Shown here piece by piece: positions 62,837-64,000 of a DNA stretch of 64,000 nt; position 1 is the stretch's first letter; every line of letters begins with the position of its first letter. The notes under the pieces were generated by a model. It saw nothing but the letters and a program-made list of their open reading frames with translations. It ran no database searches and was not told the origin of the DNA. This DNA comes from Lama glama (taxonomy: Eukaryota): positions 78,492,001 to 78,556,000 of the forward strand of contig CM052822.1 in assembly GCA_028534125.1 (NCBI GenBank), given 5' to 3'. The position numbers and the translations under genes are program-made.

Positions 62837-64000
62837 AAAAGATTATTATTCAGGTGACAAAGCAGTGTGGCCTCTTCTATCTTATACAGGGACCAAGCCT
62901 CACATGGCCCTCATTTATGAAAGAGACTAGAATGACACAGAAAGCTCTGCTTGAAACAGAGACAAGAGACTGACCCCAAATTCACATTTACCTGCTGAAG
63001 CAAGTACAGAGACTGGTCACGCTCCAGTCGCGTTTAGCCCTCAGCAGGTGAATGGCCTGCCAGGATGAAAGAGTTGGGAGAACCTTTGCAAACGTAACAG
63101 AAACTTTCAAGAAATTAATCTTGAGGAAGGTAGAGGGGCACATATTCTCCACATATGTAAGCCCTACAGTGAACAGCCAGCAAGGGGCCAGCCCCGCGGA
63201 GCCAACGTGCAGGTCACGGGGTCTGAAGACAAAGGGCCTGTCCTCTCTGTCCACCCTCAAGGTCACCGTGCAGCCGAAGAGCCTTGCCCTTAACTAGTGT
63301 CTTTACTTATGGACGGAAAGCTGAAAGGCTGGAAGTCACGCACTATATTCAGGCAACGCGTGTGCATACGGTCAGTGGTTAAGAATTCACAGCTGTGGGA
63401 ACTGGAAGCCCTCACGCTGGAAGTGCCTGCTTCTCTAGAGTGGTCAGGGCGCCCGGTGGCTCAGCCGGGGTGGTGGCCCCAGCAGGGAGGGCCTCAGGGA
63501 CCAGCGTCTGTGCACAAGCAGCAGTCAGAGGACGCCATGGACCTGGTCGCTTCTGGCCCCAACAGACACGTGCTCCGTCCAGGCAGGTCCCCAGCTCCGC
63601 ACGGGGAGCCGTGGCCTCCACACTCTCCCTTCACCTTCCTGTCTAAGATGAGGTCCATCATGCCCTGTAATATTTATATTAGGAACTTCACTTTCCTCTT
63701 TAATTGTGTCGATTCTTTTTGCAAGGGTTAGTACTTCTCGGTGTTCTGTCACACGGCACCGCCTCATCGTCTGCCCCAAGGCACCTTCTCCCACAAATGA
63801 TTTCGCAGAATGCGTGGTGCTTTTCGAAACGCACGTGTTACGTTACAGCAAAAGCATCTGCGTTTCTGTGAACTTGGACTCTTACATGTGGTTACGTGTG
63901 GGACTCAGCTGCACTCTGGAGTGAGCACTCCCTTCTGGGTGTAAGCCAGTTTGCGTTACATGCCTGTCACTTGAAAGTGAGTCCTGGCCAGCAAAGTGAG

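Noticed and set aside
62988-63266. Minus-strand ORF ending at a CAG|GTAAAT donor-like site
   Set aside because: No similarity to the expected upstream NCAPG2 exon, which probably lies beyond position 64000.
1-64000. CRISPR array or prokaryotic-type system
   Set aside because: No repeat-spacer arrays or operon-like dense coding; the window is intron-rich mammalian DNA.

Overview
Mammalian genomic DNA, GC- and CpG-rich, most likely from a camelid (Camelus, Vicugna or Lama) given a Vic-1-type tRNA-derived SINE. It covers the NCAPG2-PTPRN2 junction, syntenic with human 7q36.3, with both genes on the minus strand. NCAPG2 (condensin II subunit G2) contributes its last six coding exons (61872 down to stop at 52001) and a polyA signal at 51680-51685. 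About 10 kb further along the minus strand lies the PTPRN2 (IA-2beta/phogrin) CpG-island promoter, with exon 1 (ATG at 41799), a 39,551-nt intron 1 and the 51-nt exon 2 (2086-2136). All splice sites are GT-AG and frames join correctly. The rest is intron or intergenic DNA containing L1 pieces (one nested insertion), two solo ERV1-type LTRs with exact 4-bp TSDs, and MaLR, MIR, L2 and DNA-transposon relics. I found no new protein-coding system; the long ORFs in the track are GC-rich artefacts. The most notable signals sit within about 160 bp at the PTPRN2 start: a REST/RE1 site with two perfect half-sites but no spacer, a Met-Asp-stop uORF in perfect Kozak context 11 nt before the main ATG, and a duplicated GC-box block. 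Also notable are a CpG-rich antisense LTR in intron 1 and apparent AT-to-GC drift in old repeats. Orthologue and repeat-family names come from recalled sequences, not database searches.
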